This document shows positions 1 to 13,042 of a DNA stretch of 64,000 nt, piece by piece. Source of the stretch: Eledone cirrhosa (lineage: Eukaryota). The first letter of the stretch is position 1. Every line of letters begins with the position of its first letter. Where the stretch lies: positions 21,328,001-21,392,000 of the forward strand of contig OZ024754.1 of the NCBI GenBank assembly GCA_964016885.1, read 5' to 3'. A program made the translations under genes and the position numbers. Below the pieces are notes generated by a model, which saw nothing but the letters and a program-made list of their open reading frames with translations, did not search any database and had not been told where the DNA came from.

Positions 1-626
1 CTATATTAACTACAGTTTTAATAAATTGTCTAAATGTTAAGTATATACTATATTAACTACAGTTTAAATAAATTGTCTAGATGTTAAGTATATACTATAT
101 TAACTACAGTTTTAATAAATTGTCTAGATGTTAAGTATATACTATATTAACTCCAGTTTTAATAAATTGTCTAGATGTTAAGTATATACTATATTAACTA
201 CAGTTTTAATAAATTGTCTAGATGTTAAGTATATACTATATTAACTACAGTTTTAATAAATTGTCTTGATGTTAAGTATATACTATATTAACTACAGTTT
301 TAATAAATTGTCTAGATGTTAAGTATATACTATATTAACTACAGTTTTAATAAATTGTCTAGATGTTAAGTATATACTATATTAACTACAGTTTTAATAA
401 ATTGTCTAGATGTTAAGTATATACTATATTAACTACAGTTTTAATAAATTGTCTAGATGTTAAGTATATACTATATTAACTACAGTTTTAATAAATTGTC
501 TTGATGTTAAGTATATACTATATTAACTACAGTTTTAATAAATTGTCTAGATGTTAAGTATATACTATATTAACTAGTTTTAATAAATTGTCTAGATGTT
601 AAGTATATACTATACTAGCAGTAAAG

Positions 627-642
627 CCCGGCGTTGCTCGGG
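627..642 (-). other. Helitron 3' subterminal hairpin (rolling-circle termination signal); present in all copies
   Basis: CCCGGC-GTT-GC(T)CGGG on +, 8 nt from the terminal CTAG at 615-618. Subtype B copies read GCTCAGGG. Confidence 0.85.
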
Positions 643-919
643 GTCGCTCAGTAGCTGTGTTAAAGTTACAATGTTAAGTTTCTTTCTTGGCTTAAAAACT
701 GTAGTGTCTTCTGTGCAGACTTGCATGTGGTGTTTTTGATTAATATTCCCTCAAACAACAATATGCCTTATGAAGTTAAGAAAACATAACAATAACCCGA
801 ATGTTATAACAAAAGAAGATGCTGGGGATAGAAACTGCACTGGTTATTTATTAACAAAGATCGAAAATGTAAACACTGCAACGCAGAGAAAAACATTAAC
901 GTAACCAAATTATCAGTTA

Positions 920-1064
920 TGTCTGTCTGCACGCCTATATCACCTCTCTGCACGACTGTCTGTCTGCACGCCTATATCACCTCTCTGCACGACTGTCTGT
1001 CTGCACGCGTATATCACCTCTCTGCACGACTGTCTGTCTGCACGACTGTCTGTGTCTGCACGCC
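920..1064. repeat. 37-bp minisatellite inside the Helitron (TGTCTGTCTGCACGCCTATATCACCTCTCTGCACGAC) followed by 16-bp sub-units
   Basis: 3 units plus partial 16-mers here, 4 units in copy 27578-28492, and fewer 16-mers in most subtype B copies. Confidence 0.95.
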
Positions 1065-3035
1065 TAACGACGAAGTATTTGCTTGTTTTACGTAGTCTTT
1101 AAATAGACTTGTTTTCAAGTAAAAATATTGTTTTAAAATGCTTTTAAATGGAAATGAAGCAAAACGGAAGCTTAGTGTTCGAACTGATGAATTTTGCAGG
1201 TCAATATTTTGCTGGCTCGACAACTGTTAAAGCCAGCGTAATTTTTTACGTAAGACGCTCAATGTAAACAGAACAAAGGGAAATAACTGATAACTTACGC
1301 TCAAAAATCGATACATTATATTCGATTTCGTCACATAGGGTGGGTGAATTTGAAATATTTTTTTTTCCGATGTCTTCGCTAGGGCTCAATGTACAAGTAT
1401 AGCAATTTCGGTGCAATTCCGTGAGAGATTCTAAGAGGAGATGTGTGCCACAAATCGATAGACAGACAGACAACCACAGTTTTATATATATAGATTAAAC
1501 ACAGTTTTAATAAATTGTCTAGCTGTTAAGTATATACTATATTAACTACAGTTTTAATAAATTGTCTAAATGTTAAGTATATACTATATTAATTACAGTT
1601 TTAATAAATTGTCTAGATGTTAAGTATATACTATATTAACTACATTTTTAATAAATTGTCTAGATGTTAAGTATATACTATATTAACTACAGTTTTAATA
1701 AATTATCTAGATGTTAAGTATATACTATATTAACTAGTTTTAATAAATTGTCTAGATGTTAAGTATATACTATATTAACTACAGTTTTAATAAATTGTCT
1801 CGATGTTAAGTATATACTATATTAACTACAGTTTTAATAAATTGTCTAGATGTTAAGTATATACTATATTAACTACAGTTTTAATAAATTGTCTAGATGT
1901 TAAGTATATACTATATTAACTAGTTTTAATAAATTGTCTAGATGTTAAGTATATACTATATTAACTACAGTTTTAATAAATTGTCTAGATGTTAAGTATA
2001 TACTATATTAACTACAGTTTTAATAAATTGTCTAGATGTTAAGTATATACTATATTAACTACAGTTTTAATAAATTATCTAGATGTTAAGTATATACTAT
2101 ATTAACTACAGTTTTAATAAATTGTCTAGATGTTAAGTATATACTATATTAACTACAGTTTTAATAAATTATCTAGATGTTAAGTATATACTATATTAAC
2201 TACAGTTTTAATAAATTGTCTAGATGTTAAGTATATCCTATATTAACTAGTTTTAATAAATTGTCTAGATGTTAAGTATATACTCTATTAACCACAGTTT
2301 TAATAAATTGTCTAGATGTTAAGTATATACTATATTAACTACAGTTTTAATAAATTGTCTAAATGTTAAGTATATACTATATTAACTACAGTTTAAATAA
2401 ATTGTCTAGATGTTAAGTATATACTATATTAACTACAGTTTTAATAAATTGTCTAGATGTTAAGTATATACTATATTAACTCCAGTTTTAATAAATTGTC
2501 TAGATGTTAAGTATATACTATATTAACTACAGTTTTAATAAATTGTCTAGATGTTAAGTATATACTATATTAACTACAGTTTTAATAAATTGTCTTGATG
2601 TTAAGTATATACTATATTAACTACAGTTTTAATAAATTGTCTAGATGTTAAGTATATACTATATTAACTACAGTTTTAATAAATTGTCTAGATGTTAAGT
2701 ATATACTATATTAACTAGTTTTAATAAATTGTCTAGATGTTAAGTATATACTCTATTAACCACAGTTTTAATAAATTGTCTAGATGTTAAGTATATACTA
2801 TATTAACTACAGTTTTAATAAATTGTCTAGATGTTAAGTATATACTATATTAACTACAGTTTTAATAAATTGTCTTGATGTTAAGTATATACTATATTAA
2901 CTACAGTTTTAATAAATTGTCTAGATGTTAAGTATATACTATATTAACTACAGTTTTAATAAATTGTCTAGATGTTAAGTATATACTATATTAACTAGTT
3001 TTAATAAATTGTCTAGATGTTAAGTATATACTATA

Positions 3036-3915
3036 CTAGCAGTAAAGCCCGGCGTTGCTCGGGGTCGCTCAGTAGCTGTGTTAAAGTTACAATGTTAAGT
3101 TTCTTTCTTGGCTTAAAAACTGTAGTGTCTACTGTGCAGACTTGCATGTGGTGTTTTTGATTAATATTCCCTCAACCAACAATATGCCTTATGAAGTTAA
3201 GAAAACATAACAATAACCCGAATGTTATAACAAAAGAGGATGCTGGGGATAGAAACTGCACTGGTTATTTATTAACAAAGATCGAAAATGTAAACACTGC
3301 AACGCAGAGAAAAACATTAACGTAACCAAATTATCAGTTATGTCTGTCTGCACGCCTATATCACCTCTCTGCACGACTGTCTGTCTGCACGCCTATATCA
3401 CCTCTCTGCACGACTGTCTGTCTGCACGCGTATATCACCTCTCTGCACGACTGTCTGTCTGCACGACTGTCTGTGTCTGCACGCCTAACGACGAAGTATT
3501 TGCTTGTTTTACGTAGTCTTTAAATAGACTTGTTTTCAAGTAAAAATATTGTTTTAAAATGCTTTTAAATGGAAATGAAGCAAAACGGAAGCTTAGTGTT
3601 CGAACTGATGAATTTTGCAGGTCAATATTTTGCTGGCTCGACAACTGTTAAAGCCAGCGTAATTTTTTACGTAAGACGCTCAATGTAAACAGAACAAAGG
3701 GAAATAACTGATAACTTACGCTCAAAAATCGATACATTATATTCGATTTAGTCACATAGGGTGGGTGAATTTGAAATAATTTTTTTTCCGATGTCTTCGC
3801 TAGGGCTCAATGTACAAGTATAGCAATTTCGGTGCAATTCCGTGAGAGATTCTAAGAGGAGATGTGTGCCGAAAATCGATAGACAGACAGACAACCACAG
3901 TTTTATATATATAGA
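3036..3915 (-). mobile_element. Non-autonomous Helitron, copy 2 (subtype A with some B markers)
   Basis: Same termini and insertion site as copy 1. Confidence 0.9.
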
Positions 3916-6856
3916 TTAAACACAGTTTTAATAAATTGTCTAGCTGTTAAGTATATACTATATTAACTACAGTTTTAATAAATTGTCTAAATGTTAAGTA
4001 TATACTATATTAACTACAGTTTTAATAAATTGTCTAGATGTTAAGTATATACTATATTAACTACATTTTTAATAAATTGTCTAGATGTTAAGTATATACT
4101 ATATTAACTACAGTTTTAATAAATTATCTAGATGTTAAGTATATACTATATTAACTAGTTTTAATAAATTTTCTAGATGTTAAGTATATACTATATTAAC
4201 TAGTTTTAATGAATTGTCTAGATATTAAGTATATACTATATTAACTACAGTTTTAATAAATTGTCTAGATGTTAAGTATATACTATATTAACTACAGTTT
4301 TAATAAATTGTCTAGATGTTAAGTATATACTATATTAACTACAGTTTTAATAAATTGTCTAGATGTTAAGTATATACTATATTAACTAGTTTTAATAAAT
4401 TGTCTAGATGTTAAGTATATACTCTATTAACCAGTTTTAATAAATTGTCTAGATGTTAAGTATATACTATATTAACTACAGTTTTAATAAATTGTCTAAA
4501 TGTTAAGTATATACTATATTAACTACAGTTTAAATAAATTGTCTAGATGTTAAGTATATACTATATTAACTACAGTTTTAATAAATTGTCTAGATGTTAA
4601 GTATATAATATATTAACTACAGTTTTAATAAATTGTCTAGATGTTAAGTATATACTATATTAACTACAGTTTTAATAAATTGTCTAATTGTTAAGTATAT
4701 ACTATATTAACTACAGTTTAAATAAATTATCTAGATGTTAAGTATATACTATATTAACTACAGTTTTAATAAATTGTCTAGATGTTAAGTATATACTATA
4801 TTAACTCCAGTTTTAATAAATTGTCTAGATGTTAAGTATATACTATATTAACTACAGTTTTAATAAATTGTCTAGATGTTAAGTATATACTATATTAACT
4901 ACAGTTTTAATAAATTGTCTAGATGTTAAGTATATACTATATTAACTAGTTTTAATAAATTGTCTAGATGTTAAGTATATACTATATTAACCACAGTTTT
5001 AATAAATTGTCTAGATGTTAAGTATATACTATATTAACTACAGTTTTAATAAATTGTCTAAATGTTAAGTATATACTATATTAACTACAGTTTAAATAAA
5101 TTGTCTAGATGTTAAGTATATACTATATTAACTACAGTTTTAATAAATTGTCTAGATGTTAAGTATATACTATATTAACTACAGTTTTAATAAATTGTCT
5201 CGATGTTAAGTATATACTATATTAACTACAGTTTTAATAAATTGTCTAGATGTTAAGTATATACTATATTAACTACAGTTTTAATAAATTGTCTAGATGT
5301 TAAGTATATACTATATTAACTAGTTTTAATAAATTGTCTAGATGTTAAGTATATACTATATTAACTACAGTTTTAATAAATTGTCTAGATGTTAAGTATA
5401 TACTATATTAACTACAGTTTTAATAAATTGTCTAGATGTTAAGTATATACTATATTAACTACAGTTTTAATAAATTATCTAGATGTTAAGTATATACTAT
5501 ATTAACTACAGTTTTAATAAATTGTCTAGATGTTAAGTATATACTATATTAACTACAGTTTTAATAAATTGTCTAGATGTTAAGTATATCCTATATTAAC
5601 TAGTTTTAATAAATTGTCTAGATGTTAAGTATATACTCTATTAACCACAGTTTTAATAAATTGTCTAGATGTTAAGTATATACTATATTAACTACAGTTT
5701 TAATAAATTGTCTCGATGTTAAGTATATACTATATTAACTACAGTTTTAATAAATTGTCTAGATGTTAAGTATATACTATATTAACTACAGTTTTAATAA
5801 ATTGTCTAGATGTTAAGTATATACTATATTAACTAGTTTTAATAAATTGTCTAGATGTTAAGTATATACTATATTAACTACAGTTTTAATAAATTGTCTA
5901 GATGTTAAGTATATACTATATTAACTACAGTTTTAATAAATTGTCTAGATGTTAAGTATATACTATATTAACTACAGTTTTAATAAATTATCTAGATGTT
6001 AAGTATATACTATATTAACTACAGTTTTAATAAATTGTCTAGATGTTAAGTATATACTATATTAACTACAGTTTTAATAAATTATCTAGATGTTAAGTAT
6101 ATACTATATGAACTACAGTTTTAATAAATTGTCTAGATGTTAAGTATATCCTATATTAACTAGTTTTAATAAATTGTCTAGATGTTAAGTATATACTCTA
6201 TTAACCACAGTTTTAATAAATTGTCTAGATGTTAAGTATATACTATATTAACTACAGTTTTAATAAATTGTCTAAATGTTAAGTATATACTATATTAACT
6301 ACAGTTTAAATAAATTGTCTAGATGTTAAGTATATACTATATTAACTACAGTTTTAATAAATTGTCTAGATGTTAAGTATATACTATATTAACTCCAGTT
6401 TTAATAAATTGTCTAGATGTTAAGTATATACTATATTAACTACAGTTTTAATAAATTGTCTAGATGTTAAGTATATACTATATTAACTACAGTTTTAATA
6501 AATTGTCTTGATGTTAAGTATATACTATATTAACTACAGTTTTAATAAATTGTCTAGATGTTAAGTATATACTATATTAACTACAGTTTTAATAAATTGT
6601 CTAGATGTTAAGTATATACTATATTAACTACAGTTTTAATAAATTGTCTAGATGTTAAGTATATACTATATTAACTACAGTTTTAATAAATTGTCTAGAT
6701 GTTAAGTATATACTATATTAACTACAGTTTTAATAAATTGTCTTGATGTTAAGTATATACTATATTAACTACAGTTTTAATAAATTGTCTAGATGTTAAG
6801 TATATACTATATTAACTAGTTTTAATAAATTGTCTAGATGTTAAGTATATACTATA

Positions 6857-7736
6857 CTAGCAGTAAAGCCCGGCGTTGCTCGGGGTCGCTCAGTAGCTGT
6901 GTTAAAGTTACAATGTTAAGTTTCTTTCTTGGCTTAAAAACTGTAGTGTCTTCTGTGCAGACTTGCATGTGGTGTTTTTGATTAATATTCCCTCAAACAA
7001 CAATATGCCTTATGAAGTTAAGAAAACATAACAATAACCCGAATGTTATAACAAAAGAAGATGCTGGGGATAGAAACTGCACTGGTTATTTATTAACAAA
7101 GATCGAAAATGTAAACACTGCAACGCAGAGAAAAACATTAACGTAACCAAATTATCAGTTATGTCTGTCTGCACGCCTATATCACCTCTCTGCACGACTG
7201 TCTGTCTGCACGCCTATATCACCTCTCTGCACGACTGTCTGTCTGCACGCGTATATCACCTCTCTGCACGACTGTCTGTCTGCACGACTGTCTGTGTCTG
7301 CACGCCTAACGACGAAGTATTTACTTGTTTTACGTAGTCTTTAAATAGACTTGTTTTCAAGTAAAAATATTGTTTTAAAATGCTTTTAAATGGAAATGAA
7401 GCAAAACGGAAGCTTAGTGTTCGAACTGATGAATTTTGCAGGTCAATATTTTGCTGGCTCGACAACTGTTAAAGCCAGCGTAATTTTTTACGTAAGACGC
7501 TCAATGTAAACAGAACAAAGGGAAATAACTGATAACTTACGCTCAAAAATCGATACATTATATTCGATTTCGTCACATAGGGTGGGTGAATTTGAAATAT
7601 TTTTTTTTCCGATGTCTTCGCTAGGGCTCAATGTACAAGTATAGCAATTTCGGTGCAATTCCGTGAGAGATTCTAAGAGGAGATGTGTGCCACAAATCGA
7701 TAGACAGACAGACAACCACAGTTTTATATATATAGA
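6857..7736 (-). mobile_element. Non-autonomous Helitron, copy 3 (A)
   Basis: Same termini and site. Confidence 0.9.
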
Positions 7737-9185
7737 TTAAACACAGTTTTAATAAATTGTCTAGCTGTTAAGTATATACTATATTAACTACAGTTTTAAT
7801 AAATTGTCTAAATGTTAAGTATATACTATATTAATTACAGTTTTAATAAATTGTCTAGATGTTAAGTATATACTATATTAACTACATTTTTAATAAATTG
7901 TCTAGATGTTAAGTATATACTATATTAACTACAGTTTTAATAAATTATCTAGATGTTAAGTATATACTATATTAACTAGTTTTAATAAATTGTCTAGATG
8001 TTAAGTATATACTATATTAACTACAGTTTTAATAAATTGTCTCGATGTTAAGTATATACTATATTAACTACAGTTTTAATAAATTGTCTAGATGTTAAGT
8101 ATATACTATATTAACTACAGTTTTAATAAATTGTCTAGATGTTAAGTATATACTATATTAACTAGTTTTAATAAATTGTCTAGATGTTAAGTATATACTA
8201 TATTAACTACAGTTTTAATAAATTGTCTAGATGTTAAGTATATACTATATTAACTACAGTTTTAATAAATTGTCTAGATGTTAAGTATATACTATATTAA
8301 CTACAGTTTTAATAAATTATCTAGATGTTAAGTATATACTATATTAACTACAGTTTTAATAAATTGTCTAGATGTTAAGTATATACTATATTAACTACAG
8401 TTTTAATAAATTATCTAGATGTTAAGTATATACTATATTAACTACAGTTTTAATAAATTGTCTAGATGTTAAGTATATCCTATATTAACTAGTTTTAATA
8501 AATTGTCTAGATGTTAAGTATATACTCTATTAACCACAGTTTTAATAAATTGTCTAGATGTTAAGTATATACTATATTAACTACAGTTTTAATAAATTGT
8601 CTAAATGTTAAGTATATACTATATTAACTACAGTTTAAATAAATTGTCTAGATGTTAAGTATATACTATATTAACTACAGTTTTAATAAATTGTCTAGAT
8701 GTTAAGTATATACTATATTAACTCCAGTTTTAATAAATTGTCTAGATGTTAAGTATATACTATATTAACTACAGTTTTAATAAATTGTCTAGATGTTAAG
8801 TATATACTATATTAACTACAGTTTTAATAAATTGTCTTGATGTTAAGTATATACTATATTAACTACAGTTTTAATAAATTGTCTAGATGTTAAGTATATA
8901 CTATATTAACTACAGTTTTAATAAATTGTCTAGATGTTAAGTATATACTATATTAACTACAGTTTTAATAAATTGTCTAGATGTTAAGTATATACTATAT
9001 TAACTACAGTTTTAATAAATTGTCTAGATGTTAAGTATATACTATATTAACTACAGTTTTAATAAATTGTCTTGATGTTAAGTATATACTATATTAACTA
9101 CAGTTTTAATAAATTGTCTAGATGTTAAGTATATACTATATTAACTAGTTTTAATAAATTGTCTAGATGTTAAGTATATACTATA

Positions 9186-10065
9186 CTAGCAGTAAAGCCC
9201 GGCGTTGCTCGGGGTCGCTCAGTAGCTGTGTTAAAGTTACAATGTTAAGTTTCTTTCTTGGCTTAAAAACTGTAGTGTCTTCTGTGCAGACTTGCATGTG
9301 GTGTTTTTGATTAATATTCCCTCAAACAACAATATGCCTTATGAAGTTAAGAAAACATAACAATAACCCGAATGTTATAACAAAAGAGGATGCTGGGGAT
9401 AGAAACTGCACTGGTTATTTATTAACAAAGATCGAAAATGTAAACACTGCAACGCAGAGAAAAACATTAACGTAACCAAATTATCAGTTATGTCTGTCTG
9501 CACGCCTATATCACCTCTCTGCACGACTGTCTGTCTGCACGCCTATATCACCTCTCTGCACGACTGTCTGTCTGCACGCGTATATCACCTCTCTGCACGA
9601 CTGTCTGTCTGCACGACTGTCTGTGTCTGCACGCCTAACGACGAAGTATTTGCTTGTTTTACGTAGTCTTTAAATAGACTTGTTTTCAAGTAAAAATATT
9701 GTTTTAAAATGCTTTTAAATGGAAATGAAGCAAAACGGAAGCTTAGTGTTCGAACTGATGAATTTTGCAGGTCAATATTTTGCTGGCTCGACAACTGTTA
9801 AAGCCAGCGTAATTTTTTACGTAAGACGCTCAATGTAAACAGAACAAAGGGAAATAACTGATAACTTACGCTCAAAAATCGATACATTATATTCGATTTC
9901 GTCACATAGGGTGGGTGAATTTGAAATATTTTTTTTTCCGATGTCTTCGCTAGGGCTCAATGTACAAGTATAGCAATTTCGGTGCAATTCCGTGAGAGAT
10001 TCTAAGAGGAGATGTGTGCCGAAAATCGATAGACAGACAGACAACCACAGTTTTATATATATAGA
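9186..10065 (-). mobile_element. Non-autonomous Helitron, copy 4 (A)
   Basis: Same termini and site. Confidence 0.9.
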
Positions 10066-12164
10066 TTAAACACAGTTTTAATAAATTGTCTAGCTGTTAA
10101 GTATATACTATATTAACTACAGTTTTAATAAATTGTCTAAATGTTAAGTATATACTATATTAACTACAGTTTTAATAAATTGTCTAGATGTTAAGTATAT
10201 ACTATATTAACTACATTTTTAATAAATTGTCTAGATGTTAAGTATATACTATATTAACTACAGTTTTAATAAATTATCTAGATGTTAAGTATATACTATA
10301 TTAACTAGTTTTAATAAATTGTCTAGATGTTAAGTATATACTATATTAACTAGTTTTAATGAATTGTCTAGATATTAAGTATATACTATATTAACTACAG
10401 TTTTAATAAATTGTCTAGATGTTAAGTATATACTATATTAACTACAGTTTTAATAAATTGTCTAGATGTTAAGTATATACTATATTAACTAGTTTTAATA
10501 AATTGTCTAGATGTTATGTTTATACTCTATTAACCAGTTTTAATAAATTGTCTAGATGTTAAGTATATACTATATTAACTACAGTTTTAATAAATTGTCT
10601 AAATGTTAAGTATATACTATATTAACTACAGTTTAAATAAATTGTCTAAATGTTAAGTATATACTATATTAACTACAGTTTTAATAAATTGTCTAGATGT
10701 TAAGTATATACTATATTAACTACAGTTTTAATAAATTGTCTAGATGTTAAGTATATACTATATTAACTACAGTTTTAATAAATTGTCTAATTGTTAAGTA
10801 TATACTATATTAACTACAGTTTAAATAAATTATCTAGATGTTAAGTATATACTATATTAACTACAGTTTTAATAAATTGTCTAGATGTTAAGTATATACT
10901 ATATTAACTCCAGTTTTAATAAATTGTCTAGATGTTAAGTATATACTATATTAACTACAGTTTTAATAAATTGTCTAGATGTTAAGTATATACTATATTA
11001 ACTACAGTTTTAATAAATTGTCTAGATGTTAAGTATATACTATATTAACTAGTTTTAATAAATTGTCTAGATGTTAAGTATATACTATATTAACCACAGT
11101 TTTAATAAATTGTCTAGATGTTAAGTATATACTATATTAACTACAGTTTTAATAAATTGTCTAAATGTTAAGTATATACTATATTAACTACAGTTTAAAT
11201 AAATTGTCTCGATGTTAAGTATATACTATATTAACTACAGTTTTAATAAATTGTCTAGATGTTGAGTATATACTATATTAACTACAGATTTAATAAATTG
11301 TCTAGATGTTAAGTATATACTATATTAACTAGTTTTAATAAATTGTCTAGATGTTAAGTATATACTATATTAACTACAGTTTTAATAAATTGTCTAGATG
11401 TTAAGTATATACTATATTAACTACAGTTTTAATAAATTGTCTAGATGTTAAGTATATACTATATTAACTACAGTTTTAATAAATTATCTAGATGTTAAGT
11501 ATATACTATATTAACTACAGTTTTAATAAATTGTCTAGATGTTAAGTATATACTATATTAACTACAGTTTTAATAAATTATCTAGATGTTAAGTATATAC
11601 TATATTAACTACAGTTTTAATAAATTGTCTAGATGTTAAGTATATCCTATATTAACTAGTTTTAATAAATTGTCTAGATGTTAAGTATATACTCTATTAA
11701 CCACAGTTTTAATAAATTGTCTAGATGTTAAGTATATACTATATTAACTCCAGTTTTAATAAATTGTCTAGATGTTAAGTATATACTATATTAACTACAG
11801 TTTTAATAAATTGTCTAGATGTTAAGTATATACTATATTAACTACAGTTTTAATAAATTGTCTTGATGTTAAGTATATACTATATTAACTACAGTTTTAA
11901 TAAATTGTCTAGATGTTAAGTATATACTATATTAACTACAGTTTTAATAAATTGTCTAGATGTTAAGTATATACTATATTAACTACAGTTTTAATAAATT
12001 GTCTAGATGTTAAGTATATACTATATTAACTACAGTTTTAATAAATTGTCTAGATGTTAAGTATATACTATATTAACTACAGTTTTAATAAATTGTCTAG
12101 ATGTTAAGTATATACTATATTAACTAGTTTTAATAAATTGTCTAGATGTTAAGTATATACTATA

Positions 12165-13042
12165 CTAGCAGTAAAGCCCGGCGTTGCTCGGGGTCGCTCA
12201 GTAGCTGTGTTAAAGTTACAATGTTAAGTTTCTTTCTTGGCTTAAAAACTGTAGTGTCTTCTGTACAGACTTGCATGTGGTGTTTTTGATTAATATTCCC
12301 TCAAACAACAATATGCCTTATGAAGTTAAGAAAACATAACAATAACCCGAATGTTATAACAAAAGAGGATGCTGGGGATAGAAACTGCACTGGTTATTTA
12401 TTAACAAAGATCGAAAATGTAAACACTGCAACGCAGAGAAAAACATTAACGTAACCAAATTATCAGTTATGTCTGTCTGCACGCCTATATCACCTCTCTG
12501 CACGACTGTCTGTCTGCACGCCTATATCACCTCTCTGCACGACTGTCTGTCTGCACGCGTATATCACCTCTCTGCACGACTGTCTGTCTGCACGACTGTC
12601 TGTCTGCACGCCTAACGACGAAATATTTGCTTGTTTTACGTAGTCTTTAAATAGACTTGTTTTCAAGTAAAAATATTGTTTTAAAATGCTTTTAAATGGA
12701 AATGAAGCAAAACGGAAGCTTAGTGTTCGAACTGATGAATTTTGCAGGTCAATATTTTGCTGGCTCGACAACTGTTAAAGCCAGCGTAATTTTTTACGTA
12801 AGACGCTCAATGTAAACAGAACAAAGGGAAATAACTGATAACTTACGCTCAAAAATCGATACATTATATTCGATTTCGTCACATAGGGTGGGTGAATTTG
12901 AAATATTTTTTTTTCCGATGTCTTCGCTAGGGCTCAATGTACAAGTATAGCAATTTCGGTGCAATTCCGTGAGAGATTCTAAGAGGAGATGTGTGCCACA
13001 AATCGATAGACAGACAGACAACCACAGTTTTATATATATAGA
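12165..13042 (-). mobile_element. Non-autonomous Helitron, copy 5 (A)
   Basis: Same termini and site; 2 bp shorter in the minisatellite. Confidence 0.9.

Larger units (their letters stand above)
615..1494 (-). mobile_element. Non-autonomous Helitron, copy 1 (subtype A, 880 bp)
   Basis: The minus strand begins TCTATATATATAAAAC and ends CCCGAGCAACGCCGGG-CTTTACTG-CTAG (GC-rich hairpin just before CTAG). The flanks CTATA|TTAA rejoin the satellite at A|T with no TSD. No Rep/helicase ORF. Confidence 0.9.

Noticed and set aside
1-614. Telomeric repeat or nucleosome-length periodicity (3x47=141, 4x47=188)
   Set aside because: It is not a G-rich short telomere motif, and the variant patterns show no consistent 3- or 4-mer period.
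1014-1473. Repeated 63-93 aa ORFs (MSSQQ..., MSVCL...) as tandem genes
   Set aside because: They use non-ATG starts and have no recognisable domain. Frameshifts, stops and minisatellite length changes differ among copies. They recur only because the Helitron is repeated.
615-1494. MITE or SINE interpretation of the 880-bp insert
   Set aside because: There are no terminal inverted repeats, TSD or poly-A tail. TC...hairpin-CTAG at an A|T site fits a Helitron.
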